Below, one piece after another: positions 51,581 to 60,802 of a DNA stretch of 64,000 bases. Origin of the DNA: Ignavibacteria bacterium. Its GTDB lineage: Bacteria; Bacteroidota; Ignavibacteria; Kapaibacteriales; Kapaibacteriaceae. The number at the start of each line of letters is the position of its first letter. Within the stretch, counting starts at the first letter, position 1. The stretch covers positions 6,424 to 70,423 of the forward strand of contig JABMNI010000021.1 of the NCBI GenBank assembly GCA_013204605.1. Reading direction: 5' to 3'. Under the pieces are notes generated by a model. It had not been told where the DNA came from and did no database searches. It saw only the letters and a program-made list of their open reading frames with translations. The position numbers were made by a program, and so were the translations under genes.

Positions 51581-52324
51581 ATGCAGTCAAAAACGAAGTC
51601 AGAATTACCTGGATGGCGACGAGTAATCTCGATGCTTTTGCTGGTATTGGCCAGCATCACCGCAATTGGAATTTTAATTGACCAATGGCTTCTGCCCACA
51701 ATTGTACGACAATCCGATACAATTACAGTGCAGAGTGTAGTGCGAATTGATTTTGAAGACGCTAAACAGCGTCTTTTCGACCGTGGACTGCAAGTGATGC
51801 CACCAATCGAACAGTTTTCCAGTACGATCCCGATGGGGCAGGTAATGAGTCAGCTTCCGTATGCAGGTGCAAATGTTAATCCGGGCAGAAGAATTTATTT
51901 GACGGTAAGCCAAGGTCTTGAAAAAATTCGTGTCCCTGTGCTTGAGGGTTTGAGTATTCGAGATGCCCGACTAGCTTTATTTAGAACCGGTTTGTTATTG
52001 GGCAATGTCGAATTTGAATTTAACGACTCGATTGGTGCCGACAAGGTTCTGCGCCAAAGCACTCCATCCGGGGCGAATGTGACAAGCGGCACCACCATCT
52101 CGGTTACGGCGAGCCGTGGTAGATCTGGAATTTTAGTTCCAGATGTTGTAGGTTTGTCTATGTCAGAAGCAGAACGAGCTCTTACGGAGTCTGGTCTAGT
52201 GTTAGGTACAATCACTGCCACGAATAGCGGCACTTTTAGCCCTAACACCGTGCTAAAACAAAATCCGGTTCCCGACTCTTCCGTCGCACCCGGAACATAC
52301 GTCCACTTAACCATAGTACATTAA
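51581..52324 (+). CDS. Membrane-anchored protein with three PASTA domains (no kinase or PBP domain)
   Basis: N-terminal TM followed by three tandem PASTA-like repeats. Confidence 0.6.
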   Translation: MQSKTKSELPGWRRVISMLLLVLASITAIGILIDQWLLPTIVRQSDTITVQSVVRIDFEDAKQRLFDRGLQVMPPIEQFSSTIPMGQVMSQLPYAGANVNPGRRIYLTVSQGLEKIRVPVLEGLSIRDARLALFRTGLLLGNVEFEFNDSIGADKVLRQSTPSGANVTSGTTISVTASRGRSGILVPDVVGLSMSEAERALTESGLVLGTITATNSGTFSPNTVLKQNPVPDSSVAPGTYVHLTIVH

Positions 52325-52782
52325 TGGCTATTGATATTATCTTGTTAAGACACGCCACGGCGGCCTCGAAAGCTCGAAGTCAGTCTGACAAAGAACGTGA
52401 ACTAACGGATCACGGCAAGATAGAAGCGTCTAAAATGTTCGACGCCGTTCGCTGCTTTACAAAGCAACCGATGACAGTCGTATGCAGTCCGTATTTACGA
52501 GCAATTCAAACTGCCAGCTATTTCGACAAGAATCCAAACATCGATGCACGATTAGGTGCAGAGCGGAGTTCTCGAGACTTATTGAGTGTGATTCGGGAAT
52601 TCGGAACCGAACAAGAAACACTTTTGATTATTGGTCATTCACCTGTCCTGGGTGAAGCTGCTGCAGCCATGGTTGGAGCATCTGAAACCGGAATTGCATA
52701 CGGACCGGCCACCGCAGTTTTCATTCAAATTGGTTCTACAACTCTACTTCATGGCGTGATTACTGGAGTGCTTGCCCCATGA
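52324..52782 (+). CDS. Histidine phosphatase superfamily protein, SixA-like phosphohistidine phosphatase
   Basis: IILLRHATAAS...DHG (RHG-type motif). TAATG overlap with the PASTA gene. Confidence 0.55.
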   Translation: MAIDIILLRHATAASKARSQSDKERELTDHGKIEASKMFDAVRCFTKQPMTVVCSPYLRAIQTASYFDKNPNIDARLGAERSSRDLLSVIREFGTEQETLLIIGHSPVLGEAAAAMVGASETGIAYGPATAVFIQIGSTTLLHGVITGVLAP

Positions 52783-53120
52783 ATGTTAATCCAAACGTAG
52801 CCATCCAACTCTAAAACCGGATAGGTAGAAACGCCCCTGCCTTGCGTCAAATTCTCACCGGTTACCACATTGTATCTCCTGCCGTGCAATGGGCACGTAA
52901 CCACTGCACCATCCACAAAGCCCGTTGATAAAACAGAAGCGCGTTTGTGCGGGCATACATTTGAAATAGCGTACACCACATTTTCCATCCTAAAAAATGC
53001 TACATCGTGTTCAATTTCAAACTCGATGTGAAGGGGGCTTCGTGTTGACACTTCAATGCTTTTACAAACTCTGACGTATTCTTTTCCACCCACCATAATG
53101 GCTGGACGATCAGTTATCAT
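52749..53120 (-). CDS. Rieske [2Fe-2S] ferredoxin (NirD-like)
   Basis: CPHKRASV...CPLHG Rieske ligands. Confidence 0.65.
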   Translation of the reverse strand: MITDRPAIMVGGKEYVRVCKSIEVSTRSPLHIEFEIEHDVAFFRMENVVYAISNVCPHKRASVLSTGFVDGAVVTCPLHGRRYNVVTGENLTQGRGVSTYPVLELDGYVWINIHGASTPVITP

Positions 53121-53982
53121 ATTCGGTAATTATAATGTCGTCGGAAAGTTGTGGACCCTTTACTCCTTGGACAATACGTGCTGCCTGCCGCAACGCATCG
53201 TGCTCGAAAACTACTATCCATTCTTCCTCAATAATCCTCGGCAAATACTTTTGTTTTTCCAAAAGTGTAGTTAACGGAAAATTGTCGTAGGCCATACCAT
53301 AAGCTATGGGAACGTGGGCTCCAGTTGGCATCAGATCGGCTGGATAAAAAAGTGTTTTGTTACCACTTGTGATGCGAACAGTTTGCATGGCCTTTGTGTG
53401 CCCGTAAACGCGCTCAACAAAAATGCCGTCGAACACCTCGGTCTCGCCCTCCACCAAATCCAAAACCTTATGTTCTTCTAAAGGCATGAACATACTTGCT
53501 ATGAATGAGGCTCTATCCTTTGGCGTAGCGTCCTGAGCATATTGGAAGTGCTCGGTTTGAACAATGTATCTCGCATTTGTAAATCGCGGAAACAAACCGT
53601 CATCGTTAGTCACAACAGCACCACCCACGTGATCAAAGTGGAGATGTGTGAGCAGCACATGTGTAACATCGTGAGCTGAAATTCCAAGGCCGGCAAGCGA
53701 CCTTTCAATTGAAAATTGATCGAAAGAAATTCCATAAATGGACTGTTCTTTCTCTGACATAAATGGACTATTTCCGGTGTCGACCAATATCGTATTTGTG
53801 CCATCCCGCAGCAACAATGCCTTTGCCGCCATTGGTATTCTATTTTTTTCGTCGGCTTTTGTATACGATCGTTCCCACAACGCTTTGGGAACAACTCCAA
53901 ACATTGCTCCGCCATCTAAACCAAAACGGCCCGACTCAATTACATCGACTGAATAATTTCCAATTTTAATCATCAAAAACAA
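53110..53982 (-). CDS. MBL-fold metallo-hydrolase
   Basis: THLHFDHVGG (HxHxDH) and downstream His/Asp ligands. Confidence 0.7.
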   Translation of the reverse strand: MFLMIKIGNYSVDVIESGRFGLDGGAMFGVVPKALWERSYTKADEKNRIPMAAKALLLRDGTNTILVDTGNSPFMSEKEQSIYGISFDQFSIERSLAGLGISAHDVTHVLLTHLHFDHVGGAVVTNDDGLFPRFTNARYIVQTEHFQYAQDATPKDRASFIASMFMPLEEHKVLDLVEGETEVFDGIFVERVYGHTKAMQTVRITSGNKTLFYPADLMPTGAHVPIAYGMAYDNFPLTTLLEKQKYLPRIIEEEWIVVFEHDALRQAARIVQGVKGPQLSDDIIITEYDN

Positions 53983-54808
53983 ACACCGATTCGTGATAAA
54001 ATCGAGCTTTTTTGCTCATTACTTTTTCTGTGATCCATGACTGCAACCATACATTTTTTTCTTCTGTCGACAAATTATTCATCATAAGCTCAATTGGCAC
54101 GTTTACATTTAACGCGCGGCCGGAAATTAAGTGTCGAGTTATTCCAGCAGGCAACACATTCTTTGATTTTGCAAACTGAATAATTTGAGTTGGAGTGAAC
54201 GTTGGGAACATTACCACGCCGGCACCCGGCTCCTTTTTACTAACAACTTCCATTAAGTCTTCATTTACAATCCGGTGAATTTCACCGGCACCACCGTATA
54301 TGGTCACCACCTGTCTTAACGTAGCTGCATACTCCTCCAAAGTTCGTTCACCTGGACTAAGCAAAACTACAGCCTCAACTTTGCTGGTGGTTATACCTAA
54401 ACACGCTTCACCACTAACTAGCAACTCTCTCGCCGCTTCGACGCTTACCGTTGATTTGGGGAAATGGTGTTGTTGAATATAGTTAATGACGTCTTTTGCC
54501 AGATTTGGCTTTAAAACGTGGTACCATGACCCAATCGCGGCCGACTTGGTGCCGTATGGTACAATTTGCACCGCAATATGTGGGATTTTCCTGTTTCTCA
54601 TCGCCGTAGTCCTCGTGGCTCCGTCAAGAACAACGTACTCGCCATCGCCCGCTTCTGCTACGATAGGCGGGTTACGCAATATAGACGACTGTGAGATCAA
54701 ACCATCCAAACGATTAACACGGTGTGGATCGGATTCTTCGTGCAGGATTACGCAGTCAATTGGCACTATTTCCAGCCGCAATTGCCGGACGTCAATTTTT
54801 GTTTCCAT
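53966..54808 (-). CDS. ParB/Srx-fold (ParB N-terminal-like) domain protein of unknown function
   Basis: N-terminal about 90 aa resemble the ParB/sulfiredoxin fold (PIVAEAGDGEYVVLDGATRTTA, with DGATR in place of DGHHR). The C-terminal 190 aa are unassigned. Confidence 0.45.
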   Translation of the reverse strand: METKIDVRQLRLEIVPIDCVILHEESDPHRVNRLDGLISQSSILRNPPIVAEAGDGEYVVLDGATRTTAMRNRKIPHIAVQIVPYGTKSAAIGSWYHVLKPNLAKDVINYIQQHHFPKSTVSVEAARELLVSGEACLGITTSKVEAVVLLSPGERTLEEYAATLRQVVTIYGGAGEIHRIVNEDLMEVVSKKEPGAGVVMFPTFTPTQIIQFAKSKNVLPAGITRHLISGRALNVNVPIELMMNNLSTEEKNVWLQSWITEKVMSKKARFYHESVFVFDD

Positions 54809-54836
54809 TTTGCAAAACTACGTCAGCCCCCTTTCG

Positions 54837-54844
54837 TATCTTTG
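54837..54844 (+). promoter_or_regulatory. -7 box TATCTTTG (TATCTTTGTGG) for the ppiD-like gene
   Basis: Exact recurrent 11-mer 67 nt upstream of the ATG at 54911. Confidence 0.4.
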
Positions 54845-54910
54845 TGGTTTCGCCGTAAGGCAACAAAAACTAAGTATTAAGCTATTCAGTAGTATGGAGT
54901 TACGACACCC

Positions 54911-57070
54911 ATGGGTGCCATTACAAAGATCCGACAGTTAAGCCCGTATTTTCTGGCGACAGTAGGCGTGTTATTTATCGCCTTTATGGTTATTCAAGAT
55001 TCAAGCTGCCAAGGCTCCCGCGATGCCCGAAGGTCTGCCGAGCAGATCGTAGTTGCGGAGATAAATGGGGATGAAATCTCACTTGCAGATTTCGAAACCA
55101 GAGTGCGAGATGTGATTGAAAATCAGCGCTCACAAAACCCTGGCCAAGAGATTGACGATGAACAAGTCCGTCAACAAATCTTCGACGAAATGATCAACGA
55201 AGTTCTGCGAAGTCAAGAAGCAACAAAGATGGGTCTTCATGTTAGCAAACAAGAATTGATCGATGCAATGGTTCTAAACCCATCCGAACAATTGCAATTT
55301 TTCAAGGATTCCACCGGAAAATTCCGAAAAGCTTTTTATCAAGACCTCGTTACAAACCCTGATAAAATTGGAGAGTTGTACGCTCAGCAAGGAATGCCTG
55401 CCGAGGATGTAGCTCGCGAAGTGGCCAATTGGAAAAAAATGCTAATTCAGATCGCTGATGGCTTACGCACGCAGAAGCTTGAAGAAGCTTTAAAGGCTGC
55501 CATAGGTGCTTGTGCTTCGAATATTTCGCCAACTCATGTTGAATTGGATTATAAGTTGAACAACTCCACAACAGATGTTCAGTTTGTAGCCTTGGATATT
55601 AATCGGATTTCAGACGACGCGGTTAAAGTATCGGACGAGGAAATTCAGAAGTATTACGACTTAAACAAACAGTATTACGAACAGAAACCCGCAAGAAAAA
55701 TCAAGTATGCGATTTTTCCTCAATTAGCAAGTGCGAAGGATACGGCCAATGCTACCAAACGTTCAGCTCGGTTGCAAACTGCCTTTTCGGCGCTAGTCAC
55801 AGTAGAGCAAAAAGACTCAGTTTTCAATGTCGAAATGAATGCCTTGAATGGCGAGAGTTTCGATTTTAAAAGTGCTAATGACTTGGACCCCAGTACACTA
55901 ACTATTCTTCAGAGCCTCACGCCAAAAGACGTTTTTGGTCCACTGAACGTGGGCGATGGTATTGTATACCTGCGTTTGGACGAACGCAGAGAAGGCGTGA
56001 ATCCGACCGTAAGATCAAGCCATATCCTGATAAATTTTGGAACGAACAAGGACTCTGCTAAAGCGGTGGCAAACAAGGTAATGGGTCGAGCGAAAAAAGG
56101 CGAAGACTTTGGTGCCTTAGCAACAGAATTTTCGAAAGATCCGGGATCGGCTGCTCAAGGGGGCGATCTGGGATATTTTGGAAAAGGCCGAATGGTAAAA
56201 GAATTTGAGGAAGCAGCGTTTGCAGCGTCTATTGGCGAAGTGGTTGGTCCAGTTGAATCTCAGTTTGGATACCATATAATTAAAGTCACTGACCGTCAAA
56301 ACGTCGAATTGAAGTATTCTGAAATTAAAATCAAGCCTAGTATTTCTTCAGGAACAAAGCAGCAGATAATTGCAAAAGCTGCTCAGACTGCAAAGCAAAT
56401 TGAAGACGGCTCTCCATTTGATTCAGTTTTAGCATCACTTAAAATGAAATCAACAGAGTCTCCTTTCTTCAATAATCAGACTCCAGTTCTCAGTTCACGT
56501 GAACTAATGTCTTGGGCCTTTGAAAATGAAAAAGGTGCAGTTTTGCGAAAAGATGTTAAGAATTACGGAATTGTAGTAGCACAGATCTCTGAAACTCGCG
56601 AAGTTGGAATAAAACAACTTGAAGATGTTAAGGATCAAATAACGTCGAAGCTTATGAAAGCTAAAAAGTTAGACGCACTAAAGGGAATGGCTGAGAGTAT
56701 TGCAGCTTCAGCACAGTCGGCAGGTTCATTGTTGGGTGTTAGTTCTGTAGACACTACTCTGGAAGTAAAGACAATGACTCAGTGTCGGAACAATGGGCAG
56801 CTTCAGGGGTATGGCGGCGAATACGTTGCAACTCAAGCAGCGTTTAGCACCCCTGTGGGGTCAGTTAGCAAAGCAGTTCGTGGCGAACGCGCTTGGTTTG
56901 TTGTAGCACCTCAATCACGAGTTGAGGCTGACATGAATGCCTTTAAAAACGACAAACTTGCGGCGACACAAAACCTTGCGGCTCAGGCTCGTGGCAATGC
57001 CTATTATTCTTGGTTCCAAAAAGTTCGCGAGAACGCCGATGTGGTTGACAAACGAAACAATCGTGATTAG
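54911..57070 (+). CDS. Periplasmic chaperone PpiD/SurA-like parvulin peptidyl-prolyl isomerase
   Basis: N-terminal TM anchor, SurA-N-like region, and a parvulin PPIase domain (FGALATEFSKDPGSAAQGGDLGYFGKGRMVKEFEEAAF...GYHIIKV). Confidence 0.7.
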   Translation: MGAITKIRQLSPYFLATVGVLFIAFMVIQDSSCQGSRDARRSAEQIVVAEINGDEISLADFETRVRDVIENQRSQNPGQEIDDEQVRQQIFDEMINEVLRSQEATKMGLHVSKQELIDAMVLNPSEQLQFFKDSTGKFRKAFYQDLVTNPDKIGELYAQQGMPAEDVAREVANWKKMLIQIADGLRTQKLEEALKAAIGACASNISPTHVELDYKLNNSTTDVQFVALDINRISDDAVKVSDEEIQKYYDLNKQYYEQKPARKIKYAIFPQLASAKDTANATKRSARLQTAFSALVTVEQKDSVFNVEMNALNGESFDFKSANDLDPSTLTILQSLTPKDVFGPLNVGDGIVYLRLDERREGVNPTVRSSHILINFGTNKDSAKAVANKVMGRAKKGEDFGALATEFSKDPGSAAQGGDLGYFGKGRMVKEFEEAAFAASIGEVVGPVESQFGYHIIKVTDRQNVELKYSEIKIKPSISSGTKQQIIAKAAQTAKQIEDGSPFDSVLASLKMKSTESPFFNNQTPVLSSRELMSWAFENEKGAVLRKDVKNYGIVVAQISETREVGIKQLEDVKDQITSKLMKAKKLDALKGMAESIAASAQSAGSLLGVSSVDTTLEVKTMTQCRNNGQLQGYGGEYVATQAAFSTPVGSVSKAVRGERAWFVVAPQSRVEADMNAFKNDKLAATQNLAAQARGNAYYSWFQKVRENADVVDKRNNRD

Positions 57071-57078
57071 TAGATCTT

Positions 57079-57924
57079 TTGAAACCGGACGTCCTACAAT
57101 TAATTGAGTCATCCGGTGGACGTGAGAAAGTTTACTCGGTTACTGAGGCATATGCTTGGTGCTTGAACCTTGCCTCAACCCACTACGAAAATTTTCCAGT
57201 TGCGAGCCGGTTTTTACCGGCTCGCATGCGTTTACACGTGACCGCCGTGTATGCGTTTGCAAGGTTTGCCGACGATGTTGCAGATGAACCTTGGACAACT
57301 GACCCAAAAGCACGTCTGGATACCTTAGATCTCATCGGTACGGCCTTAGTTGGCACTATAAACACTCACGGCCACCCAATATTCATGGCGCTGCACGCAA
57401 CAATTGCTCAGCTACAACTACCACTTAGCCCCTTTCAAAAACTTATCAGTGCATTCAAACAAGATGTGACTTTTACACCTCCTAACACTTGGGATGATGT
57501 GATGGACTATTGTGCGCGGAGTGCTAATCCCGTTGGTGAACTAGTTTTGCGAATTGCGGACGAAGGAAGCGAAAGTGCAATTAAATTTAGCAACGACATT
57601 TGTACGGGGCTGCAGATAATCAATTTCGTGCAAGACACTTCAGTTGATTTAGCGCGTGGTAGAAAAACGTATCCCGGTGATGCCGCTGCAGCTATTGAAA
57701 TTGCAAAGGGGCTTTTTGTTAGCGGACTACGAGTAGTGAATAGTGTGAAGAATTTCCGACTCAGATTGGAGTTGAAATTCATTATTGCTGGTGGCATTCG
57801 AGTTACTGAGTTATGCCAGGAGCTTGGATCAAAAATTACAACCCAGCGTCCCGCTATTAGACGAACTGATTATCTTCGTATACTATTTCGAGTTGTCAAC
57901 GGCAGTTGGCGGAAAATTTCATGA
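57079..57924 (+). CDS. hpnC: Squalene/phytoene synthase family, HpnC-like (hydroxysqualene synthase)
   Basis: YENFPVASRFLP...AVYAFARFADDVADE and MDYCARSANPVGE motifs typical of HpnC. Confidence 0.65.
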   Translation: MKPDVLQLIESSGGREKVYSVTEAYAWCLNLASTHYENFPVASRFLPARMRLHVTAVYAFARFADDVADEPWTTDPKARLDTLDLIGTALVGTINTHGHPIFMALHATIAQLQLPLSPFQKLISAFKQDVTFTPPNTWDDVMDYCARSANPVGELVLRIADEGSESAIKFSNDICTGLQIINFVQDTSVDLARGRKTYPGDAAAAIEIAKGLFVSGLRVVNSVKNFRLRLELKFIIAGGIRVTELCQELGSKITTQRPAIRRTDYLRILFRVVNGSWRKIS

Positions 57925-58811
57925 GTTCGCATTTCTATAACAAGGCCGAAGATTCAGCCGTTCTTTCCTCGCAAGGATCGACGAGTTTCCATTATTCGTT
58001 CACCTTCCTTTCACGTGAAGAACGCCACGCAATCAATGCGGTATACGCGTTTTGTAGGCGTATTGATGACATTGTGGACGAAGAAGTGGCGGCAACTCCC
58101 ATTGAGGTGCAACTGAAATTGGATAGGTTGAATTGGTGGCGTTTAGAGATAAACAATGTATACGATGGTTCTTCCACAAGCAAATTAGTCGCACCCTTGG
58201 CACAAGTGGTTCAGCGTTTCGGAATACCTAAGCAATATCTGCTAACGTTGATAGATGGCTGCGAACGTGACTTGTACCAAAAGAGATATAAGACCTTCGG
58301 TGAGTTGAAGGAATATTGCTACGCTGTAGCTAGCATAGTTGGACTGATATGCATTGAGATTTTTGGATACAAGCATGAGGAAACTCGCAACTATGCTATC
58401 AATCTTGGATATGCTCTGCAGCTAACAAATATTTTGCGGGATGTAAAGGCTGATAAAGATCGAGGATTTATTTATTTGCCGTTAGAGGACTTAGATAGAT
58501 TTAAATATTCCGAATCTGACCTTAAGAGCGAGATTTACAATGAACGCTTTGTTGATTTGATGTCTTTCCAAGCCAGTCGGGCACGTGAGTATTACCACAA
58601 AGCGCGCACCCTGCTGCGTCCGGATGAAAGGTCATCGATGGTTGCTGCCGAGATTATGGACGCCATCTATCACCGCTTGTTAGAAAAGATTGAGCTGTCG
58701 GAATTTCGTGTTTTTAACCGCCGCGTTAGAGTAAGTACTTCTCACAAAGTTCTAACGGCGTTTCGAATTTGGTTAGGAAATAAATTATTTGTGCGCCGAA
58801 TGATAGGCTAG
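57906..58811 (+). CDS. hpnD: Squalene/phytoene synthase family, HpnD-like (presqualene diphosphate synthase)
   Basis: SFHYSFTFL...AVYAFCRRIDDIVDE and the second Asp-rich region. 19-nt overlap with hpnC. Confidence 0.65.
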   Translation: MAENFMSSHFYNKAEDSAVLSSQGSTSFHYSFTFLSREERHAINAVYAFCRRIDDIVDEEVAATPIEVQLKLDRLNWWRLEINNVYDGSSTSKLVAPLAQVVQRFGIPKQYLLTLIDGCERDLYQKRYKTFGELKEYCYAVASIVGLICIEIFGYKHEETRNYAINLGYALQLTNILRDVKADKDRGFIYLPLEDLDRFKYSESDLKSEIYNERFVDLMSFQASRAREYYHKARTLLRPDERSSMVAAEIMDAIYHRLLEKIELSEFRVFNRRVRVSTSHKVLTAFRIWLGNKLFVRRMIG

Positions 58812-58826
58812 CAAGTTCGACCTTCT

Positions 58827-58834
58827 TATTTTTG
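58827..58834 (+). promoter_or_regulatory. -7 box TATTTTTG for the NuoE-like gene
   Basis: TAnnTTTG 27 nt upstream of the ATG at 58862. Confidence 0.35.
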
Positions 58835-58861
58835 TCAGTATTGTAACACCCAGAGGCAGTC

Positions 58862-59335
58862 ATGACGCATTCTTTCAGCACGGAAGAACTCTCCGAAATC
58901 ACAAAATTGAAGTCTCAATATCCTGACGCAAAGGCAGCAATTATGCCTGTGCTATGGATGGCTCAAAAAAAATGGGAATGGCTGTCGGAAGATGTGTTAC
59001 GAACCGTTGCAACGGTTATGGAACTCCCCTACGCTCATGTTCTTGGAGTTGCTTCGTTCTACACAATGTACTACAAAAAACCAATGGGACGCCACCATGT
59101 TCAAGTGTGCACCAACGTATCATGCATGCTAAGAGGCGGCGCCGAGTTGTACGCGGACGTTAAGGGAAAACTTGGCGTTGGCCACAACCAAACCACAGCA
59201 GATGGAAAGTACTCACTCGAAGAGGTTGAGTGCATGGGGGCATGCGGTGGAGCTCCAATGATTGCCATCAACGAACAGTTTTTTGAGAATGTGAATTCTG
59301 CAAAAGTCATGACTTTAATAGATGCCTGCGAATAG
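58862..59335 (+). CDS. NuoE/HoxF-type thioredoxin-like [2Fe-2S] ferredoxin (stand-alone)
   Basis: The four Cys ligands (CTNVSC...C...ECMGACGGAP) match the NADH-quinone oxidoreductase subunit E fold. Confidence 0.65.
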   Translation: MTHSFSTEELSEITKLKSQYPDAKAAIMPVLWMAQKKWEWLSEDVLRTVATVMELPYAHVLGVASFYTMYYKKPMGRHHVQVCTNVSCMLRGGAELYADVKGKLGVGHNQTTADGKYSLEEVECMGACGGAPMIAINEQFFENVNSAKVMTLIDACE

Positions 59336-59344
59336 AGGCATACC

Positions 59345-60721
59345 TCAACTCAAATATTCAAGCTTGGCGGTGAAGTGCCGTAGATATGGCGCTTGATACG
59401 TAAGTTTCATACCCTGAAGCTGAGATCGCTTTTCATAGACATCTGCAATAACCTCTATACAATAGTCAATGTGACTCTGTGTGTACACCCTTCTTGGAAT
59501 AGCCAAGCGAACTAGTTCATGTTCAGGTGCAACGTGGCGCCCATGTTCGTCTGACTTGCCAAACATTAAACTCCCAATTTCAACTGACCTGACTCCCCCC
59601 TCAATGTAAATTGCACAGGCTATTGACTGCCCTGGGAATTGCTCAGGTGGAATGTGCGTTGCAAACTTTTTCGCGTCCAAATAAATCGCGTGCCCACCCG
59701 GTGGCTCAATAAACGGTACGCCAAATGTCCGCAGTTGCTCTCCAAAATATTCCACTGTACGCAAACGATACTTTAGATAATCTTCGTTTACTACCTCTTC
59801 TAAACCCACTGCAATTGCCTCAAGATCTCTCCTAGCAAGTCCACCGTATGTTGGAAACCCTTCGGTGACGATCAGTATGGTTCTTGCGCGTTCAGCTAAA
59901 TCTGAATTGTTCATTGCAATAAACCCACCCGTATTCACCATTCCGTCTTTTTTTGCGCTCATTGTACACCCGTCTGCCAACAAAAACATTTCCTGCGCAA
60001 TGCTCAACACTGTCCTATTCTCATACCCCTGTTCGCGCATTTTGATAAACATAGAATTCTCGGCAAATCGGCAAGCATCTATAAACAGTGGAATGCCATA
60101 CTTAGTACAAATTTCCCGCACCGCCTTAATATTTGCCATCGAAACAGGCTGTCCTCCTCCACTATTGTTTGTGACCGTTATCATCACGATTGGAATAGCT
60201 GCAACACCCTCAGTCTTTATAAGTTCTTCCAGTGCTTCAACGTTTAAATTCCCCTTGAAGGGGGCTGAGTGGTCCGTACGCTTTGATTCGTCATACAAAA
60301 GGTCAACAGCTTTTGCACCAGAATATTCAACATTGGCTCGAGTAGTATCAAAGTGAGTGTTGTTCGGTACAATTTTCCCTTCGCCCCCTACCAAAGAAAA
60401 CAATATTTTCTCCGCAGCCCTTCCCTGGTGCGTTGGAATAATGTGAGTAAATCCCGTTAGTAATCGTACCTGATTTTCGAAGCGGAAAAAACTCTTTGAA
60501 CCGGCGTAGGCTTCATCGGCATCCATTATCACTCCCCACTGTTTTGAACTCATAGCGGTTGTGCCCGAATCTGTCAGCAAATCAATTAGCACATGCTCTG
60601 AACGTAGTAAGAATGGATTCAAAAATGCAGCGTCTAAATGAGAAGTGCGCTCTGCTTTTGTAGTAAAATGTAACGGTTCTACCGTCTTAATTTTGAAAGG
60701 TTCGATTAGGGTTCGGGTCAT
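59345..60721 (-). CDS. Beta-eliminating lyase: tryptophanase/tyrosine phenol-lyase family
   Basis: EPFKIKTVEP...IDLLTDSGT...DEAYAGS...PTHQGR; PLP lysine region. TnaA versus TPL cannot be resolved by eye. Confidence 0.8.
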   Translation of the reverse strand: MTRTLIEPFKIKTVEPLHFTTKAERTSHLDAAFLNPFLLRSEHVLIDLLTDSGTTAMSSKQWGVIMDADEAYAGSKSFFRFENQVRLLTGFTHIIPTHQGRAAEKILFSLVGGEGKIVPNNTHFDTTRANVEYSGAKAVDLLYDESKRTDHSAPFKGNLNVEALEELIKTEGVAAIPIVMITVTNNSGGGQPVSMANIKAVREICTKYGIPLFIDACRFAENSMFIKMREQGYENRTVLSIAQEMFLLADGCTMSAKKDGMVNTGGFIAMNNSDLAERARTILIVTEGFPTYGGLARRDLEAIAVGLEEVVNEDYLKYRLRTVEYFGEQLRTFGVPFIEPPGGHAIYLDAKKFATHIPPEQFPGQSIACAIYIEGGVRSVEIGSLMFGKSDEHGRHVAPEHELVRLAIPRRVYTQSHIDYCIEVIADVYEKRSQLQGMKLTYQAPYLRHFTAKLEYLS

Positions 60722-60802
60722 TATTTTTTGAATTGATAAATGGAGTTGATTGATTGGAGTGATTCATTAACCTCCCAAGATCTGTTATCACAATTCATCA
60801 CA

